Part shown: piece by piece, positions 15,632 to 30,800 of the stretch
How the letters are laid out: every line of letters starts with the position of its first letter
Position numbering within the stretch: position 1 is the first letter of the stretch
From: the human T2T-CHM13v2.0 reference genome, Homo sapiens
Assembly: GCF_009914755.1 (NCBI RefSeq)
Contig: NC_060940.1
Reading direction: 5' to 3' (one strand)
Length of the DNA: 64,000 nucleotides
The notes under the pieces: model-generated
Told to the model about the DNA's origin: nothing
What the model saw: only the letters and a program-made list of their open reading frames with translations
The model's database searches: none
Made by a program: the position numbers and the translations under genes

Positions 15632-18600
15632 TCAGTGATGTTTCCATTCGACTCCATTCGATGATGATTCCATTCGACTCCATTCGATTATGATTTCATT
15701 CAATTCCATTCGATAATGATTCCCTTCGAGTCCATTCGATGATTCCATTCGATTCCATTCAATGATGATTTGATTCGTGTCCATTCGATGATTCCATTTG
15801 ATTCCACTTGATGATGATTCCATTCGAGTCCATTTGATGATTCCATTCAATTCCATTCTCCGATGATTTCTTTTGAGCCCATTCAATGCTTCCACTCGAT
15901 TCCATATGATGATGACTCCATTCGATGAAATTCGATGATGATTCCATTCGCTTGCATTCGATGATGATTCCACTTCAGTCCATTAGAAGATTCTATTCAA
16001 TTACATTCCATGACGATTCCGTTCGAGTCCATTTGATGATTCCATTAGACTCCATTCGACGATGATTCCATTCGATGTTATTCGATGATTCCATTCGATC
16101 TCATTCGATGATGATTCCATTCAACTCCATTCGATGTTTCCATTCGAGTTCATTCTATTATTCCATTAGATTCCATTCGATGATGATTCCATTCGATTCC
16201 ATTTGATGATTGCATTCTATTTCATTTGATGATGATTCCATTCGAGTCCACTCGATGATTCCATTCGAGTCCATTTAATGAATCCATTGGTTTCAATTCT
16301 ATGATGATTACATTGGATTACATTCGTTGATGATTTCATTCGGTTCCATTCAATGATGATTCCATTCAATTCCTTTCAATGTTTCCATTCAATTCCATAC
16401 GATGATGATTCCATTTGATTTGATTCGACAGTGAGCCATTCGATTCAATTCCATGATGATTCTATTTGATTCAATTGGTTGACATTTCCATTCGATTCCA
16501 TTCGTTGATGATTCCCATTGATTCCATTCAAAGATGATTCCATTCTAGCCCATTCAATCATTCCATTCGATTCTATTCAATGATGATTCCATTCATGTCG
16601 ATTTGGTGATTCCATTTGACTTCATTTGATGATGATTCCTTTCAAGTTCATTAGATGATTCCATTCGATTCCATTTGATGATGATCCCATTCGAGTCCAT
16701 TCAGTGATTCCACTCGTTTCCATTCCATGATGATTCCATTCCATTCCATTCAATGATTCCATTCGATTCCGTTTGATGATGATTTCATTCGAGTCCATTT
16801 GATGATTCCATTTGATTCCATTCGATGATGACTCCATTCGAGTCCATTCGATGATTCTATTCGAATCCATTTGATGATTTCTTTTGATTATAGTTGGTGA
16901 TGATTCCATTGGAGTCCATTCAATGATTCCATTTGATTCCAATCGATGGTGATTCCATTAGAGTCCATTTAATGATTCCATTTGATTCCAGTCTCTGATG
17001 ATTACATTCGAGTCCATACGATGATTCCACTCAATTCCATATGATGATGATTATATTCGATTCCATTCGATGATTCCATTCTATTCTATTCAATGGTGAT
17101 TCCATTCGAGTACATTAGATGATTCCATTCGATTCCATTCAATGATGATTCTATTTGTGTCCCTTAGATGATTCCACATGATTCCATTAGATGATGATAC
17201 TATTTGAGCCCATCCAATGATTCCCTTCGATTCCATTCGATGAGGATTCCATTCGATTCAATTCATTGGTGATTCTATTCAATTCAATTCTTTGATTCCA
17301 TTCCATTCCATTCGACAATGATTCCATTCGATTTCTTTCGATGATTCCACTCGATTCCACTTGACATTGATTCCATTCGATTCCATTCAATGATTCCATT
17401 TGATTCCAGTGGATGATGATTGCCATCGATTCCATTCGATCACTCCATTCTATTCCATTTGATGATGATTACATTCGATTCCATTTGACGATTCCATCTG
17501 ATTCTATTCGAGGATTCCATTTGATTCCATTCGATGATGATTCCATTCGAGTCCATTCGATGATTTCATTCGAGTACATCCAATGATTCCATTCGAGTCC
17601 ATTTGATGATTCCATTTGATTCCATTTGAAAATGATTCTACTAGAGTCCATTCAATGACTCCATTGGAGTCCATTCAACAATTAAATTCGACTCCATTTG
17701 ATGATTCCATTCGATTCCATTTGATGATTCCATTCGAGTCCATTTAATCATTACAGTCGAGTCCATTTGGTGATTCCACCGGATTTCTTTTGATAATGAT
17801 ACCATACAATTACATTTGATGATGATCCCATTCAATTTCATTTGATGATGATTCCATTAGAGTCCATTCGATGATTTCATTCGAGTCCCTTCACTGATTC
17901 CATCCGATTTCATTGGATGATGACTCCATTCGAGTCCATTCGATGATTCCACTCGATTCCATTAGATGATTCCATTGGAGTCCATTTGATTGTTCCATTC
18001 GATTCCATTCGATTCCTTTCGAAGATTATTCCATTTGAGTCCATTCGATGATGATTCCATTCCATTCCATTCGATGATTCCGTTTGATTCCATTCAATGA
18101 TTCCCTTCGATTCCTTTCTTTGATGATTCCATTCCATTCCATTCAATGATTCCATTCGAATCTATTCCATGATGATTCCTTTCGATTCCATTCGCTGATG
18201 TTTCCGTTCAATTCCATTCGATGATGATTCCATTCGATTCCATTCATTGAGGATTCCATTTGATTCCATTCAATGATGATTCCGTTCTATTCCATTCAAT
18301 GATTGCATTCAATTCCATTCAATGATTATCCCCTTAGAGTAAACTCAACGATTCCATTCAATACCATTCGATGATGATTCCTTTTGAGTCCATTCAATGA
18401 TTTCACTCAATTCCATTTGATGATTCCTTTCAATTCCATTCTATGATGATTCCATTCGAGTCCATTCGATGATTCCATTCGATTGCATTCGATTATTCCA
18501 TTATATTCCAGTCAACGATGATTCCATTCGAGTCCATTCGATGATTCCATTAGAGTACATTTAATGATTGCTTTGTTTTCAATTCGAAGATGATTACATT

Positions 18601-21600
18601 CGATTCCATTCTATGATACCATTCGATTCCATTCAATGATGATTCCACTCAAATCCATTGGATGATTCCATTCGTGTCCATTCGGTGATTTCATTAGATT
18701 CCATTCGAGGATGATTCCATTCGATTCCATTCGATGATTCCATTCAATTCCATTCGATGATGATTCCATTCCAGTCCATATGATCATTCCATTTGATTTC
18801 ATTCGATGATGATTCCATTCGATTCCATTCGATGATTCCATTCTATTCCATTCGATGATGATTCCATTCGAGTCCATTCGATGATTCCATTCGAGTCCAT
18901 TTAATGATTCCATTGGGTTCAATTCAATGATGATTACATTGGATTCCGTTCTATGATTCCATTCAATTCCGTTCATTGACAATTTGATTCCATTCGATGA
19001 TGATTCCATTTGAGTTCATTCGATGATTCTATTCGATTCTCTTCGATGGTGATTCAATTCTATTATATTGGATGATTCCATTCGATTCCATTTGATGTTG
19101 ATTCAATTCGATTCTATTCGATGATGATTCCATTGGATTTCACTTGATGATTCTATTCGATTCCATTCAATGATGATTCACTTCTCGTCCATTGGATGAT
19201 TCCATTTCATTCCATTCGATGATGATTCCATTCGATTCCATTCGATGATTCCATTTGATTCCATGCGACGGTGAGCAATTCGATTCAATTCCATGATGAT
19301 TCTATTTGATTCAATTAGATGATGTTTCCATTCGAATCCATTCCATGATTATTCCATTGGAATCCATTCGGCGATGATTCCATATGAGTCAATTCAATGA
19401 TGATTCCATATGGGTCCGTTCGATGATAATTCCATTTGATTTCATTCGGTGCTTCTATTCAATTCCAGTCGATTATGATTCCGTTGGAGTCCATACGATG
19501 ATTCCATTTGATTTCATTTGATGATGATTCCATTCGATGATGATTACATTGGATTCCATTCTATGATTCCATTCAATTCCATTCGTTGATGATTCGATTC
19601 CATTCAATGATGATTCCATTTGAGTTCATTCGATGATTCTATTCGATTCCGTTCGATGGTGATTCAATTCTCTTATATTGGATGAATCCACTCGATTCCA
19701 TTTGATGATTATTCCATTGGAGTCCACTTAGTGAATCCTTCAGATTCTACTCGAAGATGATTCCATTCAAGTCCATTCGATGATACCATTCAATTCCATT
19801 CGTTGATGCTTCCATTCAAGTGCATTCGATGATATCATTCGATTCCATTTGATGATAATTCCATTTGATTCCATGCGATGATTCTATTCGATTCCATTCA
19901 ATGATAATTCCATTCAATTCAGTGATTCCTCTGGACTCCATTTGATGATGATTCCATTCAATGATTCCATTCGATTCTATTCGAAAATGATTCCATTTGA
20001 ATCCATTTGATGATGATTCCATTAGATTCCATTTGATGATTCCATTCGATTCCATGCGACGATGATTCCATTCGATTCCATGTGATGATTCCATTCTATT
20101 CTATTCGATGATGATTCCATTCGATTCCATTCGATGATGATTGGATTCGATTCCATTGGATGTTTTCATTTGATTCCATTCGTTAATGATTTCGATCAAT
20201 TCCATTCGATGATTCCATTCGATTCCATTCGATAATGATTACATCCGTGTCCATTCAGTGATTCCATTTGAGCCTGTTCGATAATTCCATTTGAGTCCAA
20301 CCAATGATTCCATTCATTTCCATTCAATGATTCCATTCGAGTCCATTTGATCATTCCGGTAGGGTCCATTCGATGTTGATTCCATTGGAGTGCATTCGAT
20401 GATTCCATTCGAGTCCATTTTATGATTTGATTCGAGTCCTTTCGATGATTCCATTCGATTCCACTCGATGATGATTTCATTCGAGTCCATTCGACACTTC
20501 CAATCGATTCCATTTGATGCTTCCATTCGAGTCCAATTGATGATTCCATTCAATTCCATTCGATGATGATTCCGTACGATTCCATTCTGTGATGATTCCA
20601 TGTGATTGCATTCAATGATGATTCCTTTAGATTGCATTCGATTATGATTCATTTCGTCTTCATTCTATGGTTCCACAGGTTTCCATTCGTGTCCATTCCA
20701 TTATTCCATTCTATTCCATTTGATGATGATTCCATTCGATTCCATTCATTGGTGATTCCACTCAATTCCATTCAATGATTCCATTCCATTTCTTTCAACA
20801 ATGATTCCATTAGTTTCTAATCGATGATCCACTTGATTCCATTTGACGACGATTCCATTCTTGTCCATTCGATGATTCCATTTGATTCCATATGATGATG
20901 ATTCCATTCGATTCCATACGATGATGATTCCATTCGAGTCCATTCAATGGTGATTCCATTCAATTCCATTCGATGATTCCTTTCGATTCCATTCGATGAT
21001 GATGGCATTCGATTCCTTTCAATCATTCCCTTTGATTCCATTCAAAGGTGATTTCATTCAAGTCCATTCGATAATTGCATTCGATTCCATTCTATGATGA
21101 TTCCATTCGAGTCCATTTGATGATTCCATTCAAGTCAATGATGATTCCATTCGATTCCATTCGATGGTTCCATTGGATTCCATTCGATAATGATTCCATT
21201 CAAATCCATTCGATAATTCAATTCACGTCCATTCGATGATGATTAAAATCGAATCCATTCAAAGATTCCATTCAGTTCCATTCGATGATTCCCTTAGATT
21301 CCATTCGATGATTCCACTTGATTCCATTTACGATGATTCCATTCGATTCCATGTGATGATTCCATTCAATTCTATTCAATGCTGTTTCCATTTGATTCCA
21401 TTCGACCATGATTGCCTTTGATTCCATTCAATGACTCCATTCGGTTCCTTTTGATGATGATTCAGTTCGATTCCATTTGATGATTCCATTTGATTCCATT
21501 GGATGAGTCCATTCGATTACATTCGATGATTATTCCATTCGAGTGCATTAGATGATTCCATTCGAGTCCATTCGATGATTCCATTCGATTCCATTCGATG

Positions 21601-21738
21601 TTGATTCTGTTCAAATCCATTCGATGATTCCACTCGATTCCATTCGATGACTCCATTTGATCCCATTCGATGATTTCCTTTGATTCCCTTTGATGATCAT
21701 TCCATTTGATTCAATTCGGTGATTTCATTTGATTCCAT
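15632..21738 (+). repeat. Higher-order unit 3 (6107 bp; near-canonical, 5-bp deletion at ~21130)
   Basis: ORF landmarks recur at +6107 (15632/21739, 16622/22729, 17187/23294, 18611/24718). CCATTCAAGTCAATG here versus CCATTCAATTCAAGTCAATG in other units. Confidence 0.92.
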
Positions 21739-24700
21739 TCAGTGATGTTTCCATTCGACTCCATTCGATGATGATTCCATTCGACTCCATTCGATTATGA
21801 TTTCATTCAATTCCATTCGATAATGATTCCCTTCGAGTCCATTCGATGATTCCATTCGATTCCATTCAATGATGATTTGATTCGTGTCCATTCGATGATT
21901 CCATTTGATTCCACTTGATGATGATTCCATTCGAGTCCATTTGATGATTCCATTCAATTCCATTCTCCGATGATTTCTTTTGAGCCCATTCAATGCTTCC
22001 ACTCGATTCCATATGATGATGACTCCATTCGATGAAATTCGATGATGATTCCATTCGCTTGCATTCGATGATGATTCCACTTCAGTCCATTAGAAGATTC
22101 TATTCAATTACATTCCATGACGATTCCGTTCGAGTCCATTTGATGATTCCATTAGACTCCATTCGACGATGATTCCATTCGATGTTATTCGATGATTCCA
22201 TTCGATCTCATTCGATGATGATTCCATTCAACTCCATTCGATGTTTCCATTCGAGTTCATTCTATTATTCCATTAGATTCCATTCGATGATGATTCCATT
22301 CGATTCCATTTGATGATTGCATTCTATTTCATTTGATGATGATTCCATTCGAGTCCACTCGATGATTCCATTCGAGTCCATTTAATGAATCCATTGGTTT
22401 CAATTCTATGATGATTACATTGGATTACATTCGTTGATGATTTCATTCGGTTCCATTCAATGATGATTCCATTCAATTCCTTTCAATGTTTCCATTCAAT
22501 TCCATACGATGATGATTCCATTTGATTTGATTCGACAGTGAGCCATTCGATTCAATTCCATGATGATTCTATTTGATTCAATTGGTTGACATTTCCATTC
22601 GATTCCATTCGATGATGATTCCCATTGATTCCATTCAAAGATGATTCCATTCTAGCCCATTCAATCATTCCATTCGATTCTATTCAATGATGATTCCATT
22701 CATGTCGATTTGGTGATTCCATTTGACTTCATTTGATGATGATTCCTTTCAAGTTCATTAGATGATTCCATTCGATTCCATTTGATGATGATCCCATTCG
22801 AGTCCATTCAGTGATTCCACTCATTTCCATTCCATGATGATTCCATTCCATTCCATTCAATGATTCCATTCGATTCCGTTTGATGATGATTTCATTCGAG
22901 TCCATTTGATGATTCCATTTGATTCCATTCGATGATGATTCCATTCGAGTCCATTCGATGATTCTATTCGAATCCATTTGATGATTTCTTTTGATTATAG
23001 TTGGTGATGATTCCATTGGAGTCCATTCAATGATTCCATTTGATTCCAATCGATGGTGATTCCATTAGAGTCCATTTAATGATTCCATTTGATTCCAGTC
23101 TCTGATGATTACATTCGAGTCCATACGATGATTCCACTCAATTCCATATGATGATGATTCCATTCGATTCCATTCGATGATTCCATTCTATTCTATTCAA
23201 TGGTGATTCCATTCGAGTACATTAGATGATTCCATTCGATTCCATTCAATGATGATTCTATTTGTGTCCCTTAGATGATTCCACATGATTCCATTAGATG
23301 ATGATACTATTTGAGCCCATCCAATGATTCCCTTCGATTCCATTCGATGAGGATTCCATTCGATTCAATTCATTGGTGATTCTATTCAATTCAATTCTTT
23401 GATTCCATTCCATTCCATTCGACAATGATTCCATTCGATTTCTTTCGATGATTCCACTCGATTCCACTTGACATTGATTCCATTCGATTCCATTCAATGA
23501 TTCCATTTGATTCCAGTGGATGATGATTGCCATCGATTCCATTCGATCACTCCATTCTATTCCATTTGATGATGATTACATTCGATTCCATTTGACGATT
23601 CCATCTGATTCTATTCGAGGATTCCATTTGATTCCATTCGATGATGATTCCATTCGAGTCCATTCGATGATTTCATTCGAGTACATCCAATGATTCCATT
23701 CGAGTCCATTTGATGATTCCATTTGATTCCATTTGATAAAGATTCTACTAGAGTCCATTCAATGACTCCATTCGAGTCCATTCAACAATTCCATTCGACT
23801 CCATTTGATGATTCCATTCGATTCCATTTGATGATTCCATTCGAGTCCATTTAATCATTACAGTCGAGTCCATTTGGTGATTCCACCGGATTTCTTTTGA
23901 TAATGATACCATACAATTACATTTGATGATGATCCCATTCAATTTCATTTGATGATGATTCCATTAGAGTCCATTCGATGATTTCATTCGAGTCCCTTCA
24001 CTGATTCCATCCGATTTCATTGGATGATGACTCCATTCGAGTCCATTCGATGATTCCACTCGATTCCATTAGATGATTCCATTGGAGTCCATTTGATTGT
24101 TCCATTCGATTCCATTCGATTCCTTTCGAAGATTATTCCATTTGAGTCCATTCGATGATGATTCCATTCCATTCCATTCGATGATTCCGTTTGATTCCAT
24201 TCAATGATTCCCTTCGATTCCTTTCTTTGATGATTCCATTCCATTCCATTCAATGATTCCATTCGAATCTATTCCATGATGATTCCTTTCGATTCCATTC
24301 GCTGATGTTTCCGTTCAATTCCATTCGATGATGATTCCATTCGATTCCATTCATTGAGGATTCCATTTGATTCCATTCAATGATGATTCCGTTCTATTCC
24401 ATTCAATGATTGCATTCAATTCCATTCAATGATTATCCCCTTAGAGTAAACTCAACGATTCCATTCAATACGATTCGATGATGATTCCTTTTGAGTCCAT
24501 TCAATGATTTCACTCAATTCCATTTGATGATTCCTTTCAATTCCATTCTATGATGATTCCATTCGAGTCCATTCGATGATTCCATTCGATTGCATTCGAT
24601 TATTCCATTATATTCCAGTCAACGATGATTCCATTCGAGTCCATTCGATGATTCCATTAGAGTACATTTAATGATTGCTTTGTTTTCAATTCGAAGATGA

Positions 24701-27700
24701 TTACATTCGATTCCATTCTATGATACCATTCGATTCCATTCAATGATGATTCCACTCAAATCCATTGGATGATTCCATTCGTGTCCATTCGGTGATTTCA
24801 TTAGATTCCATTCGAGGATGATTCCATTCGATTCCATTCGATGATTCCATTCAATTCCATTCGATGATGATTCCATTCCAGTCCATATGATCATTCCATT
24901 TGATTTCATTCGATGATGATTCCATTCGATTCCATTCGATGATTCCATTCTATTCCATTCGATGTTGATTCCATTCGAGTCCATTCGATGATTCCATTCG
25001 AGTCCATTTAATGATTCCATTGGGTTCAATTCAATGATGATTACATTGGATTCCGTTCTATGATTCCATTCAATTCCGTTCATTGACAATTTGATTCCAT
25101 TCGATGATGATTCCATTTGAGTTCATTCGATGATTCTATTCGATTCTCTTCGATGGTGATTCAATTCTATTATATTGGATGATTCCATTCGATTCCATTT
25201 GATGTTGATTCAATTCGATTCTATTCGATGATGATTCCATTGGATTTCACTTGATGATTCTATTCGATTCCATTCAATGATGATTCACTTCTCGTCCATT
25301 GGATGATTCTATTCGATTCCATTCAATGATGATTCACTTCTCGTCCATTGGATGATTCCATTTCATTCCATTCGATGATGATTCCATTCGATTCCATTCG
25401 ATGATTCCATTTGATTCCATGCGACGGTGAGCAATTCGATTCAATTCCATGATGATTCTATTTGATTCAATTAGATGATGTTTCCATTCGAATCCATTCC
25501 ATGATTATTCCATTGGAATCCATTCGGCGATGATTCCATATGAGTCAATTCAATGATGATTCCATATGGGTCCGTTCGATGATAATTCCATTTGATTTCA
25601 TTCGATGCTTCTATTCAATTCCAGTTGATGATGATTCCGTTGGAGTCCATACGATGATTCCATTTGATTTCATTTGATGATGATTCCATTCGATGATGAT
25701 TACATTGGATTCCATTCTATGATTCCATTCAATTCCATTCGTTGATGATTCGATTCCATTCAATGATGATTCCATTTGAGTTCATTCGATGATTCTATTC
25801 GATTCCGTTCGATGGTGATTCAATTCTATTATATTGGATGATTCCACTCGATTCCATTTGATGATTATTCCATTGGAGTCCACTTAGTGAATCCTTTAGA
25901 TTCTACTCGAAGATGATTCCATTCGAGTCCATTCAATGATACCATTCAATTCCATTCGTTGATGCTTCCATTCAAGTGCATTCGATGATATCATTTGATT
26001 CCATTTGATGATAATTCCATTTGATTCCATGCGATGATTCTATTCGATTCCATTCAATGATAATTCCATTCAATTCAGTGATTCCTCTGGACTCCATTTG
26101 ATGATGATTCCATTCAATGATTCCATTCGATTCTATTCCAAAATGATTCCATTTGAATCCATTTGATGATGATTCCGTTGGATTCCATTTGATGATTCCA
26201 TTCGATTCCATTCGATGATGATTCCATTCGATTCCATTTGATGATTCCATTCTATTGTATTCGATGATGATTCCATTCGATTCCATTCGATGATGATTAG
26301 ATTCGATTCCATTTGATGATTTCATTTGATTCCATTCGATAATGATTTCGATCAATTCCATTCGATGATTCCATTCGATTCCATTCGATAATGATTACAT
26401 CCGAGTCCATTCGATGATTCCATTTGAGCCCGTTCGATAATTCCATTTGAGTCTAATCAATGATTCCATTCATTTCCATTCAATGATTCCATTCGAGTCC
26501 ATTTGATCATTCCGGTAGGGTCCATTCGATGTTGATTCCATTGGAGTGCATTCGATGATTCCATTCGAGTCCATTTTAGGATTTGATTCGAGTCCTTTCG
26601 ATGATTCCATTCGATTCCACTCGATGATTTCATTCGAGTCCATTCGACACTTCCAATCGATTCCATTTGATGTTTCCATTCGAGTCCAATTGATGATTCC
26701 ATTCAATTCCATTCGATGATGATTCCGTACGATTCCATTCTGTGATGATTCCATGTGATTGCATTCAATGATGATTCCTTTCGATTGCATTCGATTATGA
26801 TTCATTTCGTGTTCATTCTATGGTTCCACAGGTTTCCATTCGTGTCCATTCCATTATTCCATTCTATTCCATTTGATGATGATTCCATTCGATTCCATTC
26901 CTTGGTGATTCCACTCAATTCCATTCAATGATTCCATTCCATTTCTTTCAACAATGATTCCATTAGTATCTATTCGATGATCCACTTGATTCCATTTGGC
27001 GATGATTCCATTCGTGTCCATTCGATGATTCCATTTGATTCCATATGATGATGATTCCATTCGATTCCATACGATGATGATTCCATTCGAGTCCATTCAA
27101 TGTTGATTCCATTCCATTCCATTCCATGATTCCTTTTGATTCCATTCGATGATGATGGCATTCGATTCCTTTCAATCATTCCCTTTGATTCCATTCAAAG
27201 GTGATTTCATTCAACTCCATTCGATAATTGCATTCGATTCCATTCTATGATGATTCCATTCGAGTCCATTTGATGATTCCATTCAATTCAAGTCAATGAT
27301 GATTCCATTCGATTCCACTCGATGATTCCATTGGATTCCATTCGATGATGATTCCATTCAAATCCATTCGATAATTCAATTCAAGTCCATTCGATGATGA
27401 TTCCAATCGAATCCATTCAAAGATTCCATTCAATTCCATTCGATGATGATTCCCTTAGATTCCATTCGATGATTCCACTTGATTCCATTTACGATGATTC
27501 CATTCGATTCCATGTGATGAATCCATTCAATTCTATTCAATGATGTTTCCATTTGATTCCATTGGACCATGATTGCCTTTGATTCCATTCAATGATTCCA
27601 TTCGGTTCCATTTGATGATGATTCCGTTCGATTCCATTTGATGATTCCATTTGATTCCATTGGATGAGTCCATTCGATTACATTCGATGATTATTCCATT

Positions 27701-27899
27701 CGAGTGCATTAGATGATTGCATTCGAGTCCATTCGATGATTCCATTCGATTCCATTCGATGTTGATTCTGTTCAAATCCATTCGATGATTCCACTCGATT
27801 CCATTCGATGACTCCATTTGATCCCATTCGATGATTTCCTGTGATTCCCTTTGATGATCATTCCATTTGATTCAATTCGGTGATTTCATTTGATTCCAT
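21739..27899 (+). repeat. Higher-order unit 4 (6161 bp; 49-bp tandem duplication, mosaic 3' part)
   Basis: Landmark spacing 21739 to 27900; 6112+49-3+3=6161. Confidence 0.9.
25253..25350 (+). repeat. Exact 49-bp tandem duplication (one 23-bp plus one 26-bp monomer)
   Basis: GATGATTCTATTCGATTCCATTCAATGATGATTCACTTCTCGTCCATTG at 25253-25301 and 25302-25350; single copy at the equivalent position of units 2, 3, 5, 8 and 10. Confidence 0.93.
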
Positions 27900-30800
27900 T
27901 CAGTGATGTTTCCATTCAACTCCTTTCGATGATGATTCCATTCGACTCCATTCGATTATGATTTCATTCAATTCCATTCGATAATGATTCCCTTCGAGTC
28001 CATTCGATGATTCCATTCGAGTCCATTCAACGATGATTTGATTCGTGTCCATTCGATGATTCCATTTGATTCCATTTGATGATGATTCCATTCGAGTCCC
28101 TTTGATGATTCCATTCAATTCCATTCTCCGATGATTTCTTTTGAGCCCATTCAATGCTTCCACTCGATTCCATATGATGATGACTCCATTTGATGAAATT
28201 CCATGATGATTCCATTCGCTTGCATTCGATGATGATTCCACTTGAGTCCGTTAGAAGATTCTATTCAATTACATTCCATGACGATTCTGTTCGAGTCCAT
28301 TTGATGATTCCATTAGACTCCATTCGACGATGATTCCATTCGATGTTATTCGATGATGATTCCATTCAACTCCATTCGATGTTTCCATTCGAGTTCATTC
28401 TATTATTCCATTAAATTCCATTCGATGATGATTCCATTCGATTCCATTTGATGATTGCATTCTATTTCATTTGATGATGATTCCATTCGAGTCCATTCGA
28501 TGATTCCATTCGAGTCCATTTAATGAATCCATTGGTTTCAATTCTATGATGATTACATTGGATTCCATACGTTGATGATTTCATTCGATTCCATTCAATG
28601 ATGATTCCATTCAATTCCATTCAATGATTCCATTCAATTCCATACGATGATGATTCCATTTGATTTGATTCGACAGTGAGCCATTCGATTCAATTCCATG
28701 ATGATTCTATTTTATTCAATTGGTTGACATTTCCATTCGATTCCATTCGATGATGATTCCATTTGATTCCATTCAAAGATGATTCCATTCTAGCCCATTC
28801 AATCATTCCATTCGATTCTATTCAATGATGATTCCATTCATGTCGATTTGGTGATTCCATTTGACTTCATTTGATGATGATTCCTTTCAAGTTCATTAGA
28901 TGATTCCATTCGATTCCATTTGATGATGATCCCATTCGAGTCCATTCAGTGATTCCACTCGTTTCCATTCCATGATGATTCCATTCCATTCCATTCAATG
29001 ATTCCATTCGATTCCGTTTGATGATGATTTCATTCGAGTCCATTTGATGATTCCATTTGATTCCATTCGATGATGATTACATTCGAGTCCATACGATGAT
29101 TCCACTCAATTCCATATGATGATGATTCCATTCGATTCCATTCGATGATTCCATTCTATTCTATTCAATGGTGATTCCATTCGAGTACATTAGATGATTC
29201 CATTCGATTCCATTCAATGATGATTCCATTTGTGTCCCTTAGATGGTTCCACATGATTCCATTTCATGATGATACTATTTGAGCCCATCCAATGATTCCC
29301 TTCGATTCCATTCGATGAGGATTCCATTCGATTCAATTCATTGGTGATTCTATTCAATTCAATTCTTTGATTCCATTCCATTCCATTCGACAATGATTCC
29401 ATTCGATTTCTTTCGATGATTCCACTCGATTCCACTTGACATTGATTCCATTCGATTCCATTCAATGATTCCGTTTGATTCCAGTGGATGATGATTGCCA
29501 TCGATTCCATTCGATCACTCCATTCTATTCCATTTGATGATGATTACATTCGATTCCATTTGATGATTCCATCTGATTCTATTCGAGGATTCCATTTGAT
29601 TCCATTCGATGATGATTCCATTCGAGTGCATTCGATGATTTCATTCGAGTACATCCAATGATTCCATTCGAGTCCATTTGATGATTCCATTTGATTCCAT
29701 TTGATTATGATTCTACTAGAGTCCATTCAATGACTGCATTCGAATCCATTCAACAATTCCATTCGAGGCCATTCGATGATTCCATTTCATGATTCCATTC
29801 GAGTCCATTTAATCATTACAGTCGAGTCCATTTGGTGATTCCACTGGATTTCTTTTGATAATGATACCATTCAATTACATTTGATGATGATCCCATCCAA
29901 TTTCATTTGATGGTGATTCCATTAGAGTCCATTCGATGATTTCATTCGAGTCCCTTCATTGATTCCATCCGATTTCATTTGATGATGACTCCATTCGAGT
30001 CCATTCGATGATTCCACTCGATTCCATTAGATGATTCCATTGGAGTCCATTTGATTGTTCCATTCGATTCTATTCGATTCCTTTCGAAGATTATTCCGTT
30101 TGAGTCCATTCGATGATGATTCCATTCCATTCCATTCGATGATTCCGTTTGATTCCATTCGATGATTCCCTTCGATTCCTTTCTTTGATGATTCCATTCC
30201 ATTCCATTCAATGATTCCATTCGAATCTATTCCATGATGATTCCTTTCGATTCCATTCGCTGATGTTTCCGTTCAATTCCATTCGATGATGATTCCATTC
30301 GATTCCATTCATTGAGGATTCCATTGGATTCCATTCAATGATGATTCCATTCTATTCCATTCAATGATTGCATTCAATTCCATTCAATGATTATCCCCTT
30401 AGAGTAAACTCAATGATTCCATTCAATACCATTCGATGATGATTCCTTTTGAGTCCATTCAATGATTTCATTCAAGTCCATTTGATGATTCCTTTCAATT
30501 CCATTCTATGATGATTCCATTCGAGTCCATTCGATGATTCCATTCGATTGCATTCGATGATTCCATTATATTCCAGTCAACGATGATTCCATTCGAGTCC
30601 ATTCGATGATTCCATTAGAGTACATTTAATGATTGCTTTGTTTTCAATTCGAAGATGATTACATTGGATTCCATTCTATGATACCATTCGATTCCATTCA
30701 ATGATGATTCCACTCAAATCCATTGGATGATTCCATTCGTGTCCATTCGGTGATTTCATTAGATTCCATTCGAGGATGATTCCATTCGATTCCATTCGAT

